The translations under genes and the position numbers were made by a program. From IMG/VR virus record IMGVR_UViG_3300005077_000022, positions 1 to 57,380 of that record: DNA of 57,380 nt. One strand, written 5' to 3'. The notes below the pieces were generated by a model. That model saw nothing but the letters and a program-made list of their open reading frames with translations. It did not search any database and was not told the origin of the DNA. This DNA comes from a virus. Shown here piece after piece: positions 48,772-57,303 of the stretch. Within the stretch, counting starts at the first letter, position 1; every line of letters starts with the position of its first letter.

Positions 48772-49626
48772 TCAATCCCCTTCCGTCCAGTCCCCACGGG
48801 CAAGGGCCAGAAACTCGGCACGGGCCGCGCCGTCTACCCGCAACACCCCGGTCAAACTGCTCGTCACCATTTCCCCGTTCGCTCGCACGCCGCGAATGGC
48901 CATGCAGGAGTGGCGCGCCCGTACTACGCACCCCGCTCCCAGCGCGCCGAGGTGGGTGTCCAGTGCGGCCGTGATCTGCTGTGTCAGGCGTTCTTGGACT
49001 TGTAGCCGCCGGGCAAAGCACAACACCAGCCGGGCCAGCTTCGACAATCCCACCACCCGGCCCGGCTGCGGCACGTAGCCCACGGTCGCCGTGCCGGTGA
49101 ACGGCAGCATATGGTGCTCGCACAGGGACGAGAACCGCACCCCTCGAACCACGATCATCTGGTCCACGCCGTCTTCCGGGAACTGGACCGCCAGCAGGGC
49201 ACCGGGGTTCTCCTTGTAGCCACTGGTCAGTTCGCCCAACGCCCGCAGCACGCGGGCGGGGGTGGCCTGCAAGCCCGGTCGCATGGGGTCCTCCCCGATC
49301 CACTCCAGTTGGCGGCGCACCGTGTCTTCCAGTTCCGCCGTTGTGTCGTGGTGCTCCCACGGGAACCGCAGCCAGCCGTCCCCGGCGTGCTTGGTCACAA
49401 GCGCCCACGTCCGCTTCGCGGGGTAGAGGGTGCGGTACCGAGCCATCGTGGCCCCGCTGTCGATCACGTCGTCCACGATGGCGTCGGCACTCTCCACGTC
49501 CTCCACGGCCCGCCCGGTCAGGCCAGCCACGATTGCCCCCCCACGGGGGATGCCCCACAGCCGCCCGTGGGGGGCACGAGCGAGACCCCGGTAGACCTCG
49601 GCCCACGTTATCGAACGGCCCACCAT
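48772..49626 (-). CDS. folE: GTP cyclohydrolase I (FolE) with N-terminal Gpt-like phosphoribosyltransferase domain
   Basis: FolE core: GEDPMRPGLQATPARV, FSSLCEHHMLPF, VVGLSKLARLV, QVQERLT, HSCMAIRGV. N-terminal ~100 aa: ITWAEVY...GIPRGGAIVAG...AIVDDVIDSGATMARYRTLYP...LRFPWE (PRPP-binding motif). Start ATG 49626 or GTG 49653. Confidence 0.8.
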   Translation of the reverse strand: MVGRSITWAEVYRGLARAPHGRLWGIPRGGAIVAGLTGRAVEDVESADAIVDDVIDSGATMARYRTLYPAKRTWALVTKHAGDGWLRFPWEHHDTTAELEDTVRRQLEWIGEDPMRPGLQATPARVLRALGELTSGYKENPGALLAVQFPEDGVDQMIVVRGVRFSSLCEHHMLPFTGTATVGYVPQPGRVVGLSKLARLVLCFARRLQVQERLTQQITAALDTHLGALGAGCVVRARHSCMAIRGVRANGEMVTSSLTGVLRVDGAARAEFLALARGDWTEGD

Positions 49627-50216
49627 TTGTGCTGCTGACACGACAACCTCCACTCCGGGTATTCACGGCACAGGTCGATGCACCACGCCAACGCTCGCGG
49701 GTCGATGGCGTCACCCGCCCACACCGGACTCAGGAGCTTCCACTGCGCCTGCACCACTGTATGGGGGATGCCCTGCCCGTGTGCCCGCACGTACTTGACC
49801 TCGTGCGCCCACCGCTGCGCCACGGCGTGCTCGGCCACCTTGGGCGACACGGTGATCCAGTCGTAGGACGTCGCCGACAGGGCTACGGTGCCGTTGGTTT
49901 CGATGGCGACCCGGAACCCGGCGGACCGCAGGGCGGCCAGCAACGGCGCGTCAATCTGCAAGCCCGGTTCGCCACCCGTGAGGATGACCCAGCGGCACGC
50001 ACCGGCCTCGGCGCGGATGGCATCCAGCAGCGTCGCCTCCGTGTAGGTGCGCCCGCTGATGAACTCCGTGTCGCAGTCGAACCCACCGGGGGACCGGGGA
50101 CCGGGGACACGACTGCACCGAAGGTTGCACCCGGTGAACCGCACGAACACGTTTGCCGTGCCTGCCCGTACGCCTTCCCCTTGCAGGGACAGGAAGATCT
50201 CGTTCACCCGGTACAT
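49608..50216 (-). CDS. queE: 7-carboxy-7-deazaguanine synthase (QueE, radical SAM)
   Basis: ATG 50216: MYRVNEIFLSLQGEGVRAGTANVFVRFTGCNLRC...CDTEF...VILTGGEP...IETNG...QQHKWW. Confidence 0.85.
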   Translation of the reverse strand: MYRVNEIFLSLQGEGVRAGTANVFVRFTGCNLRCSRVPGPRSPGGFDCDTEFISGRTYTEATLLDAIRAEAGACRWVILTGGEPGLQIDAPLLAALRSAGFRVAIETNGTVALSATSYDWITVSPKVAEHAVAQRWAHEVKYVRAHGQGIPHTVVQAQWKLLSPVWAGDAIDPRALAWCIDLCREYPEWRLSCQQHKWWAVR

Positions 50217-50223
50217 GGTGCCG

Positions 50224-50601
50224 TCACGTCTCGTATCGGCAGGCGGTGGTGCACGTCTCCTCGATTTCCACCGCCACGAGCAACGGCAGTGCGGGCCGGA
50301 TGGTGTCGTACAGCCACCGCGCCAGTTCTTCGCTTGTGGGGTTGTCGAGGCCCGTGGAGTCGTTGAGGTGATAGTGATCAAGCGACCGCTCAACGACGGG
50401 GGACACGACGGCGGACAGATCCCCGTAGTCCATCACCATCCCCTGTCGCGGTGAGGGTGGCGGCACCAGCGCCGTCCCCTTCACCTCCACCCACGCCACC
50501 CACGAGTGCCCGTGCAGGCGGGCGCATTTGCCGCCCTGATGGGGCAGTACGTGGCTGGCTTCGAACCGGAAGCGTTTGCGGAGTGTCCACACGCCCATCA
50601 T
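50224..50601 (-). CDS. queD: 6-carboxy-5,6,7,8-tetrahydropterin synthase (QueD/PTPS)
   Basis: FRFEASHVLPHQGGKCARLHGHSWVAWVEVKG...MVMDYGDL...LDHYHLND. Confidence 0.85.
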   Translation of the reverse strand: MMGVWTLRKRFRFEASHVLPHQGGKCARLHGHSWVAWVEVKGTALVPPPSPRQGMVMDYGDLSAVVSPVVERSLDHYHLNDSTGLDNPTSEELARWLYDTIRPALPLLVAVEIEETCTTACRYET

Positions 50602-51323
50602 AGTACGGCCTCCTTGTCGGCAGCGGCTGGCGGGGGCTCCAGCAGGTGCAGCCGTCCAGCGCGCTCCAAGACGTGCCGAATCGCCGCTTGCCGTCGTGGC
50701 AAGTAGGTGGGCAGAGCGCGGAGATGTTCCCGCAAGGCCGCGTCGCTCGGCATCGGCACGTCAATGTCGTTTGCCAGCAGGGCCAGTGCCCACCGCACGC
50801 ACGCACGGCACTGTCCGCACCGCTTGGGGTACGTTGTGGCCTCGTAGCAACTCCACGTCTGGCGCAGCCAGTTCGCAATCCCCCCGTGTCGCAGGTAGTC
50901 GGCGACGACCTCGTGCTTGCAGAGTTCGGCGAAGGGCGACCAGACGCGCACGTCGTATCCCGCCTGTGCGGTCAGTATCGCCGACATGGCTTGTGCGGCG
51001 ATCGGATTGTTGTCCGCCGCCGCATCGTCGGCCACGGACGTTAGCACGATGCGTGCCCCGTACCGGACGGCCACGCACGTCAGGAGCAGGTTGCGGGCGG
51101 GCACGAACCAGTGATCCCGGCGGGCCACCGGGCGGGCAATGACGGCGGCGTGCTCGATGCGACGGGAGGGGAACAGCACGCGCAACGCGGTCCATTCGGC
51201 CAACACCTCCTTCTGCCCGTGGTTGATGAACAGCAGCGTCGCCTCCGGGTACCGCACGGCGGCGAGCGAGGAATCAATCCCGGACGAGGCCAGCACCACC
51301 GTCCCATCGGTACGCTCATCCAC
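50598..51323 (-). CDS. queC: QueC-like 7-cyano-7-deazaguanine synthase (divergent PP-loop ATPase)
   Basis: VVLASSGIDSS (PP-loop), FVPARNLLLTCVAV, TWSCYEATTYPKRCGQCRACVRW (zinc Cys cluster). Shorter than canonical QueC. Confidence 0.7.
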   Translation of the reverse strand: MDERTDGTVVLASSGIDSSLAAVRYPEATLLFINHGQKEVLAEWTALRVLFPSRRIEHAAVIARPVARRDHWFVPARNLLLTCVAVRYGARIVLTSVADDAAADNNPIAAQAMSAILTAQAGYDVRVWSPFAELCKHEVVADYLRHGGIANWLRQTWSCYEATTYPKRCGQCRACVRWALALLANDIDVPMPSDAALREHLRALPTYLPRRQAAIRHVLERAGRLHLLEPPPAAADKEAVL

Positions 51324-52167
51324 AGGGGCTACCCCCTGTCCATCGCGGATCGTTCGCCAACATGTCCTCCAGCGTTATCATGTCCGCTCGCCACTTACGC
51401 CGGGCCTCGGCTTCAATCTTGAGGTGATGCAGCACTTCGCCACGTATGTCCTGCTTGCCACCCCGCCAGCTCAGGCCCGGCAGGGACTGCCAGTTGCCGA
51501 AACGGGTGGGTCCCGCTTCCCAGTTGGTCGCGTCCGTGCTGTGGAACGGAACGTCGAGCACCGCCGCACCGCCGAACCCGAATCCGTGCACAGGCTTCGG
51601 CCACACCCGACTGAGACATTGCAGCGCCCAGTGAATCTTCTTCGGACCCTTGAGGGGAGGGTTGCCCACGGCAATCTTGGGGTAATCGCGGGCGATGCCT
51701 CGCAGCACGTCCTCCGGCTCTCCGCAGTGGAAGCACGGAATGGCGCGGACACCCTGACGCCACATCTCCTCCGTGTTTCGCAGCCCGGCTCGCCAGTCCC
51801 CAATCACGTCCAGCGCAAAGACCTCCGTGAGGGTGGGGTCAGTGGCCTGCAGGGCTTTCACCGTGTCGATGTACTGCTGCAGGTCGATGGTGGCCCCGGA
51901 ATGTCGCACCGAGAAGGCCCCCGAGTCCATGACCCAATCCCGATAGGACAACTCGCGCTGAATCTTCAAGAAGGGACGAAGATACACGAACGACACCAGC
52001 AGCGCCGGGCGCGAGGACTGATACGGGTTGCCATTCGTGGGGAAGGAGCCACCCTCGTCGCCGCCGAGTGCGGTGACGGTGCGCGGATTGTAGCGGTAGC
52101 AGACCGCCAAGCGGGACGTGGGCGCAGCAAGTGCGGCCTGTTTCATGCCCTGAGAGACACCGGACAT
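51316..52167 (-). CDS. dpdA: DpdA-like DNA guanine transglycosylase (TGT superfamily)
   Basis: ALLVSFVYLRPF...WVMDSGAFSV...VFALDVIGD...AIPCFHCGEP...HGFGFGG...FHSTDATNW resembles phage/bacterial DpdA. Co-located with queCDE/folE. Start uncertain (ATG 52167 or 52146). Confidence 0.7.
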   Translation of the reverse strand: MSGVSQGMKQAALAAPTSRLAVCYRYNPRTVTALGGDEGGSFPTNGNPYQSSRPALLVSFVYLRPFLKIQRELSYRDWVMDSGAFSVRHSGATIDLQQYIDTVKALQATDPTLTEVFALDVIGDWRAGLRNTEEMWRQGVRAIPCFHCGEPEDVLRGIARDYPKIAVGNPPLKGPKKIHWALQCLSRVWPKPVHGFGFGGAAVLDVPFHSTDATNWEAGPTRFGNWQSLPGLSWRGGKQDIRGEVLHHLKIEAEARRKWRADMITLEDMLANDPRWTGGSPCG

Positions 52168-52250
52168 GGCGAGGCGAGCGTGCGGGGACAGTGCAAGACG
52201 CAGAGTTTCCGGGGGGCCATTCCATGCCAGCCGCACGTCAGGCGCGGGGG

Positions 52251-52922
52251 CTAGTCTTGCCCCGGCGGGAGTGTCGTGTCCCGCAGGTACGCCTGAGCCA
52301 GTTGCACCAGCCCCCGCGCCACTCGCCGTGGCAGCGGGGCCGGGTCGTCCTCGGGTACGAGCGCGTCCAGACATCGCGTAATCACCTCCGCTTGTTGCGG
52401 ATCAAATGTGACGTGCAGAGAGCCATCAGGTGCAGTCGGCTCGGGGAGCGGTACCGTATCCAGCGGCGCGAACGTGCCGTGCAACAGCGGCTCGACCACG
52501 AAGTCGGGGAAGACCATCCGGTACAGGTCCTCCCCACGCGCCTCGTGTGCGGCGAACAGGTCGGCAAGGCGGCGGGCATCCCGGTCGGCCATTGCCGCGA
52601 GTGGATCGAGCACCGTCAGCATCAGCTCGGCCTCCTGCTCGTCGAGGTCGGTGATGACCACCGGCACCATTTGGTCCCCGAGTTCCGATGCGCGCAGGTG
52701 GCCGTCGATGATCTGCAACGCCCCGTCTTGCGTGCGCCGGGTCAGCACCACGTCCACGAACCCGAGCCGGTCGAAGCTGGCTCGCAGCGCGGCCGCTTGT
52801 GACTCCGGGTGAACGCGCCAGTTGAGCGGGTGCGGTACGAGGGACGATGCGGGCACCCGTTCAAGTGCCACGATGCGGTCCCGAATCAAACCCGACGGCT
52901 TGGGCTTTGCCCGTTGTGTCAT
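52251..52922 (-). CDS. ParB/Srx N-terminal domain protein
   Basis: LVPHPLNWRVHPESQAAALRASFDRLGFVDVVLTRRTQDGALQIIDGHLR is the ParB-like nuclease domain signature. ATGA overlap with terL. Confidence 0.75.
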   Translation of the reverse strand: MTQRAKPKPSGLIRDRIVALERVPASSLVPHPLNWRVHPESQAAALRASFDRLGFVDVVLTRRTQDGALQIIDGHLRASELGDQMVPVVITDLDEQEAELMLTVLDPLAAMADRDARRLADLFAAHEARGEDLYRMVFPDFVVEPLLHGTFAPLDTVPLPEPTAPDGSLHVTFDPQQAEVITRCLDALVPEDDPAPLPRRVARGLVQLAQAYLRDTTLPPGQD

Positions 52923-54388
52923 TGTCCGCCTTTCCAGTACGACGCCGCCGTAAGGCCAGCGGGGGCCACCAGCGGAATCTGCCGGTCACTGTCCGCGAAG
53001 GCCAGCGCCAGTGCGTCCGCCCGGTCGGGGCTGGGTACACCCCGGCGGGCCATGTCATCCTTGGACTCCAGCTTCACTTGCCCGCGTGGGGTGATCTCGT
53101 ACCGCAACGCCACCAACTGGCCGAGCATCCGGTCGTCGGTGATCCCCCCGATGTCTCCCGCCTGCAGCCGGTCGCGCAGGCCCCAGAAGATCTCGGCGCG
53201 GCGGTTGAGGAACCGCTCGGTGTCGTTCGCCGCTTCGCCCACGTTCACCATATCCACCGTGAACCCGCAGTCGCGCAAGTGCAGCGCAAAGTTGTACCCG
53301 ATCCCCACGGCGTCCACGCGCACTCGCAGGGGCGTGCCCGGACGCGCCCTCCACGGGCCGAGAGCGTGCACGACGGCTCCCCGTGGGTCGGCTTCGGGGA
53401 ACACCATGCAGCACTGCACCTGCGGGCCGTGGCGGATGACCACCACCGTCTCCGCGCTGCCCGGCCCCGCCACGTCCACCCCGGCCACCAGCGGATCACC
53501 CACCCGCACCTCACACTGCCGCCGCGCTGCCGCTTCGGCCCACGCCAGTGCCACGAGCGCATCCGCACCCTGTGCGGGGAACTCTCCCATCACCCGCGAG
53601 GCCCACAGGGGATGCCCCGGCCCCCAATCCGCCAGCTTCTCCCGCACCCACCGCCGGGACACGAGGTACGGGCGGGGGCACACGTCCAGTTCGGTCTCCG
53701 ACAAGGCGGCCAGCGACTCCGGGGTCAGGCCGGTGAGGTTTGGCGTGTCGAACGCTCCGATGGACAGGCAGTGCCATGCGTCCCGCTGCGACGTGAACGC
53801 CTCGTAAAAGGGGCCGCTGGGGACCGTGGGGTTACCGAGCGCCAGCACTCGCACGTCGCCACCGGCGCGGATGCCTTCGATGGCCTCCCAAATGTCCGGA
53901 AGCACGCCGGGGGCCTCGTCCAGCACCAGCAGGATGCGCCCGTGGAAGCCTTGAAACCGGACCCCCTCGTTGGTGGACAAGCCAATGGCATAGTTCCCCG
54001 CGCCGATGTGCAGGGCCGTTTGCAGGGGCATGGGATAGGCGATCAGTGACATGGCCGCTTGGCGGCGAATCTCTCCCCACAGCACCCGCTCCACCTGTGC
54101 CCACGTCGGCGCGGTGGTGATGGCGATGCCGTCACTGTACCGGGTGATCCACCACAACACGGCAGCGGCCGCGCTGTGGCTCTTGGACGAGGCGTGACAC
54201 GCCTTCACCGCCACGCGGGGGTGAGTGGCGATGGCGGCGAGCAGTTCCGCCTGCTTGTCCCACAGGTCGTGGCCGAGGATGGCGCGGGCATACCGCACGG
54301 GGTCGAGGCAGAACCACGCCAGTTGCTGCGGTGGAGTGAGCCGACGAATGGAGGACCGCTTGGTCGGGTCCACGTCGGCCAACGTCAT
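52919..54388 (-). CDS. terL: Terminase large subunit
   Basis: Walker A-like VAVKACHASSKSH, Walker B RILLVLDEAPGV, nuclease-domain acidic motifs LVAGVDVAG, VRVDAVGIG, SPDRADALALAF. ATG 54388 in ATGA overlap with terS; the ORF track start is 54427. Confidence 0.85.
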   Translation of the reverse strand: MTLADVDPTKRSSIRRLTPPQQLAWFCLDPVRYARAILGHDLWDKQAELLAAIATHPRVAVKACHASSKSHSAAAAVLWWITRYSDGIAITTAPTWAQVERVLWGEIRRQAAMSLIAYPMPLQTALHIGAGNYAIGLSTNEGVRFQGFHGRILLVLDEAPGVLPDIWEAIEGIRAGGDVRVLALGNPTVPSGPFYEAFTSQRDAWHCLSIGAFDTPNLTGLTPESLAALSETELDVCPRPYLVSRRWVREKLADWGPGHPLWASRVMGEFPAQGADALVALAWAEAAARRQCEVRVGDPLVAGVDVAGPGSAETVVVIRHGPQVQCCMVFPEADPRGAVVHALGPWRARPGTPLRVRVDAVGIGYNFALHLRDCGFTVDMVNVGEAANDTERFLNRRAEIFWGLRDRLQAGDIGGITDDRMLGQLVALRYEITPRGQVKLESKDDMARRGVPSPDRADALALAFADSDRQIPLVAPAGLTAASYWKGGQ

Positions 54389-54825
54389 GCCGTGTTCTTT
54401 CCGTGGCCTGCCGCGTTGTTTGGACACAGGCGATCCAGCGCCACCCGCACCACGTCAATCGGCACCAGTGGCGACCCCTGCGGCCCGCTCACTTCCTGCC
54501 GGTCCGTCTGCCCCAACAGGTTCTTGCCGAGGAAGATGGCCATGGCCGGGTTGGTCTTCGCCATCTCGAATTGCGTGCGGCGCAGGCTGGCGCGGCCCCC
54601 CGCCGAGAACTTGTCGAAGGCTTCGGAAAACGTGAGGTGATAGTGCGCGCCGACCTGTGCCGTGATCCACCGTTCGTTGCGTCCCATCACCGCTGCCACT
54701 TCCACCAGCGTGCACTGGATCCGGCACAAGCCCTCGAAGACATCCCGGTTGAACTCGGCGTTGGGCGCGGCCCACTTGCGGCTGCGCTTCGGCTTGACGA
54801 CGGCGGGGAGGGTTGTGCCCTTCAT
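54385..54825 (-). CDS. terS: Terminase small subunit
   Basis: MKGTTLPAVVKPKRSRKW..., HTH-like CTLVEVAAVMGRNERWI, and NPAMAIFLGKNLLGQTD, typical of small terminases. Directly upstream of terL. Confidence 0.65.
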   Translation of the reverse strand: MKGTTLPAVVKPKRSRKWAAPNAEFNRDVFEGLCRIQCTLVEVAAVMGRNERWITAQVGAHYHLTFSEAFDKFSAGGRASLRRTQFEMAKTNPAMAIFLGKNLLGQTDRQEVSGPQGSPLVPIDVVRVALDRLCPNNAAGHGKNTA

Positions 54826-55253
54826 ACGGTGGATCGCAGCACGCACAGGCCGGTGAGGACGTGGGCTACGGTGCCCGTGGCGTCCGTAACGAGCAGATCA
54901 TACGGTGCGGCCAGCCACCCGGACAAGGCCGCCGTTTGCGCTGCCGTCAGGCGAACCCGAATGTTCGGCGTGTCGTCGGAAAGCTCGATGGCCGTGGGGC
55001 TGGTCAACTGGCAGCGGATGACCCCGCCCGGTTCGTCCCTGACGGTGAGGGTGGCGGCACCGGAGGCCAGCGGCACCGGGGTCTCCACGGTGGCGTCAAT
55101 CCACGTCAGGCGCAGATCGAAGTTGGCCCCCTTGATGATGGCAAAGTCCAGCGCGCCGGGGTCGCCGATGGCCCCATACCGGCGCACGGTGTGGCCGTGG
55201 GTGGTGATCTGCACCACAGGACGGACGGTGCTGGGTGGGGTGACGAGGCTCAT
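54822..55253 (-). CDS. Hypothetical beta-rich protein, 143 aa
   Basis: ATG 55253 ([16 protein letters not shown]...). ...AIIKGANFDLRLTW...TLTVRDEPGG...RVRLTAAQTAALSGWLAAPYDLLVTDATGTV resembles Ig-like phage accessory domains. ATGA overlaps on both sides. Confidence 0.5.
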   Translation of the reverse strand: MSLVTPPSTVRPVVQITTHGHTVRRYGAIGDPGALDFAIIKGANFDLRLTWIDATVETPVPLASGAATLTVRDEPGGVIRCQLTSPTAIELSDDTPNIRVRLTAAQTAALSGWLAAPYDLLVTDATGTVAHVLTGLCVLRSTV

Positions 55254-55765
55254 GGGACCACAACCTCCTGTCGCACGTCGAGGCGTAAGACGGCGACGGG
55301 CCGGTTGCCGCTGTCCTCGACGGGTTGCATTCGCAGTTCGTAGACGTTCCCCGCCCGGCACTGTGGGATGGGGGTAATGGTGGGGGTGCGCGTCGGCCCG
55401 GCCGGCGTGGTTGTGGGGGTGTGGGTGGCCACGGGTGACCCCGTGGGGGTGACGGTGACGGTGCGCGTGGCGGTGGGGGATGGGGACGGGCACCCGGCGG
55501 CAGCGTCGAGCGTGATCAACACGTCGTTGGTTCCCGACAGGGCCGTGGACAGCACCATGTCACCCGGGGCGGCGTCCGTCGTGTGCGCGCCCCGTACCCG
55601 CACGCTCAGGGCACCGGGGGACGTGAGGGTACGACCCAGCCAGCGCACCGTGTAGGTGTCGCGGGCGGTGGGGTCCAGCGGGTCCATCACCAGCGGGTCT
55701 GCCACGGCCAGTCCCACGGCCAGCAGGATGGCCGTTCCCGCACCAACGATTGTCACGTTCCGCAT
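55250..55765 (-). CDS. Membrane-anchored/secreted protein with TPT linker, 171 aa
   Basis: [24 protein letters not shown]..., later [39 protein letters not shown]. Confidence 0.55.
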   Translation of the reverse strand: MRNVTIVGAGTAILLAVGLAVADPLVMDPLDPTARDTYTVRWLGRTLTSPGALSVRVRGAHTTDAAPGDMVLSTALSGTNDVLITLDAAAGCPSPSPTATRTVTVTPTGSPVATHTPTTTPAGPTRTPTITPIPQCRAGNVYELRMQPVEDSGNRPVAVLRLDVRQEVVVP

Positions 55766-55792
55766 CGCGTCACCTCGTGGTCGTTGTATCGC

Positions 55793-57133
55793 TCACGTCA
55801 GGGGCACGTCCACACGCGCCGGTTGTGGCACCTCCATCCGCGCCGGTTCCGGCACCAGCAGGATTCGCAGGTTCCGTGGCGTTGGGGTGACGGTCGGCGT
55901 GACGGTCGGCGTGTCCGTCACCGCCGGGGTGGGCGTCACCGTGGGGGTGTCGGTTTGGGTGGGTGTGGCCGTCACGGTCGGGGTGGCCGTTGGAGTGTTC
56001 GTCGGCGTCTGTGTGGGGGTCACGGTGGGAGTCACAGTCGGAGTCGCGGTCGGCGTGTGGGTCGGGGTGGCGGTCGGCGTGTTGGTTGGAGTGATCGTTG
56101 GCGTCTCCGTGGGAGTTGCGATGGGGGTGAGGGTCGGGGTGTCGGTAGGAGTTGCTGTCGGGGTGACTGTTGGGGTCAGGGTCGGCGTGCTGGTGGGAGT
56201 GGACGTGGGCGTGATCGTCGGGGTCAGGGTCGGCGTGAGCGTCGGGGTGATGGTCGGGGTGATCGTGGCGGCGCTGGTCGGCGTTGGCGTGTACGGGCAG
56301 CAGACGTAGCCGTTTGCGTAGCTCGCGGTGCCGTTCAGAGTGGCGGTATGCCCGTTGCCGCTCCAGTCTGCGCCGCTGTCCTCCCACTTCCATCCGCCCC
56401 ACAGGTGCGTAGTGTCGCCGCCACACGTTCCGCCGCTGCTGTTGTAGATGGCGGCGATGGCGGCAGCGTCAAGTGCCGTGGTGTAGAGGCGCGAATCGGC
56501 GAGCAGCCCGGTGCCGCTGTACCCATCGCCATACGTGCCAAGCCGTACCGGGCTGGATGTCGTGGCCATCGTTGCGCCGGTGGCGCTGCACGTCTTCGCC
56601 TCCGTGCCGTTCAGGTAGATGCGGATTGTCTCATCGACGGCGGACCACGTCGCCGCCATGTGCCGCCACGTAGCGTAATTCGCCCCATTCATGGGCAGTT
56701 TGCAGGTGGTCGTGCCGACATTGGTCGCGAACCGCACATAGACATCATCGCCGTGCGAGTAGCCCTCCAGCAGCAGCGCAATCTTGCCGGTACTCTGGCT
56801 GATGCCCAGCGTTTGCCCGCCGCCGGTGAGGTTCACCCACGTCGCCAGCGTCATGCCGGTGTTCCCGGTGAAGTCGACCGCTGCCGTCGTGGCCCCGTTG
56901 GCACCGCCTTTCACCGATAATGCCCGCCGCGTGCCTGCATCACACGTCGGCGTGGCAAGCGGGGTGGGGGTAATCGTCGGAGTGTTCGTGGGCGTGCTCG
57001 TCGGCGTGATCGTCGGAGTCGGCGTGGCGGTCTGCGCCGTTGCGGTGGTGGCCAACAGGCACACGAGCGCCACCGTGCACGCCAGCGTGAGGCACGCACG
57101 GGGCTGAGTCAGTCCGGTTGTCGGTCGTGGCAT
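55793..57133 (-). CDS. Secreted LamG/ConA-like lectin domain protein with ~150-aa (TPT)n tail
   Basis: ATG 57133: [41 protein letters not shown]. LamG-like: [43 protein letters not shown]. Alternative upstream starts reach 57187. Confidence 0.65.
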   Translation of the reverse strand: MPRPTTGLTQPRACLTLACTVALVCLLATTATAQTATPTPTITPTSTPTNTPTITPTPLATPTCDAGTRRALSVKGGANGATTAAVDFTGNTGMTLATWVNLTGGGQTLGISQSTGKIALLLEGYSHGDDVYVRFATNVGTTTCKLPMNGANYATWRHMAATWSAVDETIRIYLNGTEAKTCSATGATMATTSSPVRLGTYGDGYSGTGLLADSRLYTTALDAAAIAAIYNSSGGTCGGDTTHLWGGWKWEDSGADWSGNGHTATLNGTASYANGYVCCPYTPTPTSAATITPTITPTLTPTLTPTITPTSTPTSTPTLTPTVTPTATPTDTPTLTPIATPTETPTITPTNTPTATPTHTPTATPTVTPTVTPTQTPTNTPTATPTVTATPTQTDTPTVTPTPAVTDTPTVTPTVTPTPRNLRILLVPEPARMEVPQPARVDVPLT

Positions 57134-57303
57134 TCGCCCGTTCCCCATGCGATTCCCCATGCGTGACTGAGCAGTTCGGCCACGCACCCCACAGCGTGCC
57201 GCTGTTCGTCACGGGACATGGCGTTGAGCAACGTGGCGAAGTCGTCCAGCAACTCGGCCAGCCGTTGATTCCGGTGTGTTTCGGTGAGGTAGGGATTGCT
57301 CAT
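57109..57303 (-). CDS. Small hypothetical protein, 64 aa; its start lies in the terminal repeat
   Basis: ATG 57303 (= position 22): [49 protein letters not shown]. Confidence 0.5.
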   Translation of the reverse strand: MSNPYLTETHRNQRLAELLDDFATLLNAMSRDEQRHAVGCVAELLSHAWGIAWGTGECHDRQPD

